Shown here in pieces: positions 38,109-39,735 of a stretch of 39,735 nucleotides of DNA. Origin of the DNA: Caldilineaceae bacterium. GTDB taxonomy: Bacteria > Chloroflexota > Anaerolineae > Caldilineales > Caldilineaceae. The DNA is taken from contig JAGRCP010000046.1 in NCBI GenBank assembly GCA_020433455.1, forward strand, positions 1 to 39,735, given 5' to 3'. A program made the translations under genes and the position numbers. The notes under the pieces are model-generated. The model saw only the letters and a list, made by a program, of their open reading frames with translations, was not told the DNA's origin and did no database searches. How positions within the stretch are numbered: the first letter of the stretch is position 1; each line of letters opens with the position of its first letter.

Positions 38109-38351
38109 TGCCTTAATGAGCAATGTTTAACCACGCTCGTCACAAATGGGCGTATACTATCAACCATGCACGGCTTTCATCGGCTTTGGGATGTGCTGTG
38201 TGCAATGCTGTGTACGGCGCTGTGCAGGGATGACATCGTACAACTACCGGCATCTCTGCACAAGCCGCTTAAACTATACGCAGGCAGGCGTTTCCTGCAC
38301 CAAATTCCGGACAACCATGGGTTGTCAAGCTTTAGTTGGAGGATTGTTGAC

Positions 38352-38864
38352 GTGAAAAATTTGAAGCAATTGGTTACGCGAAATTACTACCCGTTGATGT
38401 ATCTCTTAATCGCCGGGAGCTTCCTGGGGCTCACGGCCGAGTTGGTGCTGACGGAGCATTGGGACGGCATTCAGCTCGTTGGTCTATTGGCCAGCATTAT
38501 TGGCCTTGTTCTGGCTGTCGTTGCTCTGTTCGCCGCGCCGCGTATGCGTCAGGCGCTGGCTGTGCTGTTTGTCGTCCTGAGTATCTCGGGAATTATCGGC
38601 ACGATTGAGCACAACGAAGCGCGGAGCGGCGAAGAGGCTTCCGCGCCGGTTATTGTCGCCGCAACAGCCGGCTCCAGCCGGGAACTTCCCGCCGCGCAGC
38701 AGCAGGAAGGCGAAGAGAATGAAGCGCGTGAAGGTCGCGGAGAACGGGGCGAAAGAGAGGGTGAAGCCGCACCGCCCCTCGCCCCCATGAGCCTGGCCGG
38801 TATGTCGATCATTGCCGCCGTGACCCTCATTGCAGACGACCGTAACCGCCAAAAGGCCGGATAA
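38352..38864 (+). CDS. Hypothetical membrane protein with Glu/Arg-rich cytoplasmic segment
   Basis: A GGAGGA RBS lies 8 nt upstream of the GTG at 38352. There are three or four TM helices and a charged EGEENEAREGRGERGEREGE segment. The listed ORF opens at 38166. Confidence 0.45.
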   Translation: MKNLKQLVTRNYYPLMYLLIAGSFLGLTAELVLTEHWDGIQLVGLLASIIGLVLAVVALFAAPRMRQALAVLFVVLSISGIIGTIEHNEARSGEEASAPVIVAATAGSSRELPAAQQQEGEENEAREGRGERGEREGEAAPPLAPMSLAGMSIIAAVTLIADDRNRQKAG

Positions 38865-39027
38865 AGCCGCCCTTTTTCCAAGCAGCAAAATCAGCACGCC
38901 GGAATGAATCCGTTCCCGGCGTGCCGATTCATTTTTTAGATTGAACGAAACCCGATAATCGGCTACAATTTGCCCTGTTCGCTTTCTGTGCGATCCATCT
39001 TATCCGGCCCAAAGGAGACCCCCGACC

Positions 39028-39426
39028 ATGTGCCGAGCCACTATCGAGTTCATCAGCCCCGCCGACGTACCCGTCACGCTCCAGATTACGCCCGCCGACG
39101 AGCAGCAGACCATCATCGATATTTTGGAACGCGCCGAAAAAATCGGCGCCTATTTCCGCGCCCGGGGCTGGCGCTTCGCCCAGTCTGAGCCGGATGCACT
39201 TTCGGCGATTGCCGGGCCAACTTTTGCAGGATATCCCTGTTCGCCCACGGTGGATGACCGGGGCCTGCCCACCTGGATTATCGTGGACGGGGCCCAGGCC
39301 CAACGCCGGGAAAAACAGGGCGATGTTTGGTATAGCGTCAAGGTGGATGAGGACGCTTACATCCAGGTCTTGCGCATTCCCAAGGGTGAGCAAGTTCCGC
39401 CGGTGGCAGGATTGCGCCCTGGGTGA
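39028..39426 (+). CDS. Hypothetical protein
   Basis: An AAAGGAGA RBS lies 9 nt upstream of the ATG. It is a clean 132-aa ORF, preferred over the overlapping antisense 178-aa ORF. Confidence 0.45.
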   Translation: MCRATIEFISPADVPVTLQITPADEQQTIIDILERAEKIGAYFRARGWRFAQSEPDALSAIAGPTFAGYPCSPTVDDRGLPTWIIVDGAQAQRREKQGDVWYSVKVDEDAYIQVLRIPKGEQVPPVAGLRPG

Positions 39427-39550
39427 GAAATTTTCGGCGCCCCTTTTGTAATTGTCCGTTTTCAAGTTGGTGGGTTGCTATATACCCTCCGGGCGCGCCG
39501 GACGCCAGTCCGACGATTCACGCGTTCCCGCAAGGCTGCAAACAGCAAAT

Positions 39551-39572
39551 GAGCCGGTCACATGACCGGCTC
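39551..39572. other. 22-bp perfect palindrome GAGCCGGTCA-CATG-ACCGGCTC
   Basis: It is an exact inverted repeat. It may be a terminator stem for a gene beyond the window end, or a regulator site. Confidence 0.4.
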
Positions 39573-39735
39573 TAAGCCAGACCGGCATTCGCAGCGCGCT
39601 TCTCGCGCTCCTGTACCCGGTCGATCACCGCAAGTCGATGACTGTCCGCCCGCCCAATCTTCGCAGGGGCGCGCCTCATTGACGCAGGAACATGAAACAG
39701 GGTACGCTATATAGTACTACAACGAGACTTTGAAA

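Noticed and set aside
38929-39465. 178-aa minus-strand ORF
   Set aside because: It overlaps the plus-strand 132-aa ORF, which has a good RBS, and the minus-strand ORF has no upstream SD. The call is kept at low confidence for the plus strand only.
1-39735. CRISPR arrays, rRNA or tRNA genes
   Set aside because: No regularly spaced short direct repeats and no rRNA or tRNA signatures were found on either strand.

Overview
High-GC (about 62-65%) bacterial chromosomal window. The ABC/LacI/GH95 sugar locus, LysM proteins, Obg-NadD and the Chloroflexi-like codon usage suggest a Chloroflexota-type organism, but that is inference. Gene density is high. The window starts with a mosaic, partly AT-rich accessory patch: an IS21-family transposase N-terminus running off the window edge, a frameshifted AT-rich HAD hydrolase, a decayed higA-like antitoxin remnant, an SDR oxidoreductase, and an AT-rich RNase H1 carrying an N-terminal hybrid-binding domain. 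A carbohydrate-utilisation locus follows: a sigma70-like promoter with two LacI-type operator half-palindromes, a lipoprotein solute-binding protein, two ABC permeases, a LacI regulator, a Gfo/Idh/MocA oxidoreductase and a convergent GH95 alpha-L-fucosidase. Housekeeping and envelope genes come next: a rhodanese-type sulfurtransferase, a 4xLysM-L,D-transpeptidase, two tandem Yip1-like membrane proteins, nadD, obg, a large hypothetical protein, a PspC-domain protein, a secreted S41-PDZ-PPC peptidase, an orphan molybdopterin XDH/CoxL-type large subunit with a HIT protein, an NfeD-flotillin pair and an orphan Phd/YefM antitoxin. The most interesting part is a co-directional minus-strand cluster at 31.0-37.9 kb: OmpR-type response regulator, HAMP histidine kinase with an acidic periplasmic sensor, two signal-anchored coiled-coil (Spy/CpxP/ZraP-like, LTxxQ-bearing) proteins of which one ends in a repeat-encoded His/Asp-rich metal-binding tail, an ApbE flavin transferase, a Pro-rich membrane-anchored protein, a ferric-reductase/MsrQ-like di-haem membrane protein, and peroxiredoxin Bcp with a strong terminator. 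I read this as a candidate envelope metal/redox-stress and extracytosolic flavinylation module that looks undescribed as a unit. Unexplained DNA-level structures are a 50-bp perfect palindrome in the divergent region upstream of the response regulator, and a nested inverted-repeat/direct-repeat element (MITE- or ncRNA-like) upstream of the orphan antitoxin. No rRNA, tRNA or CRISPR array was found.
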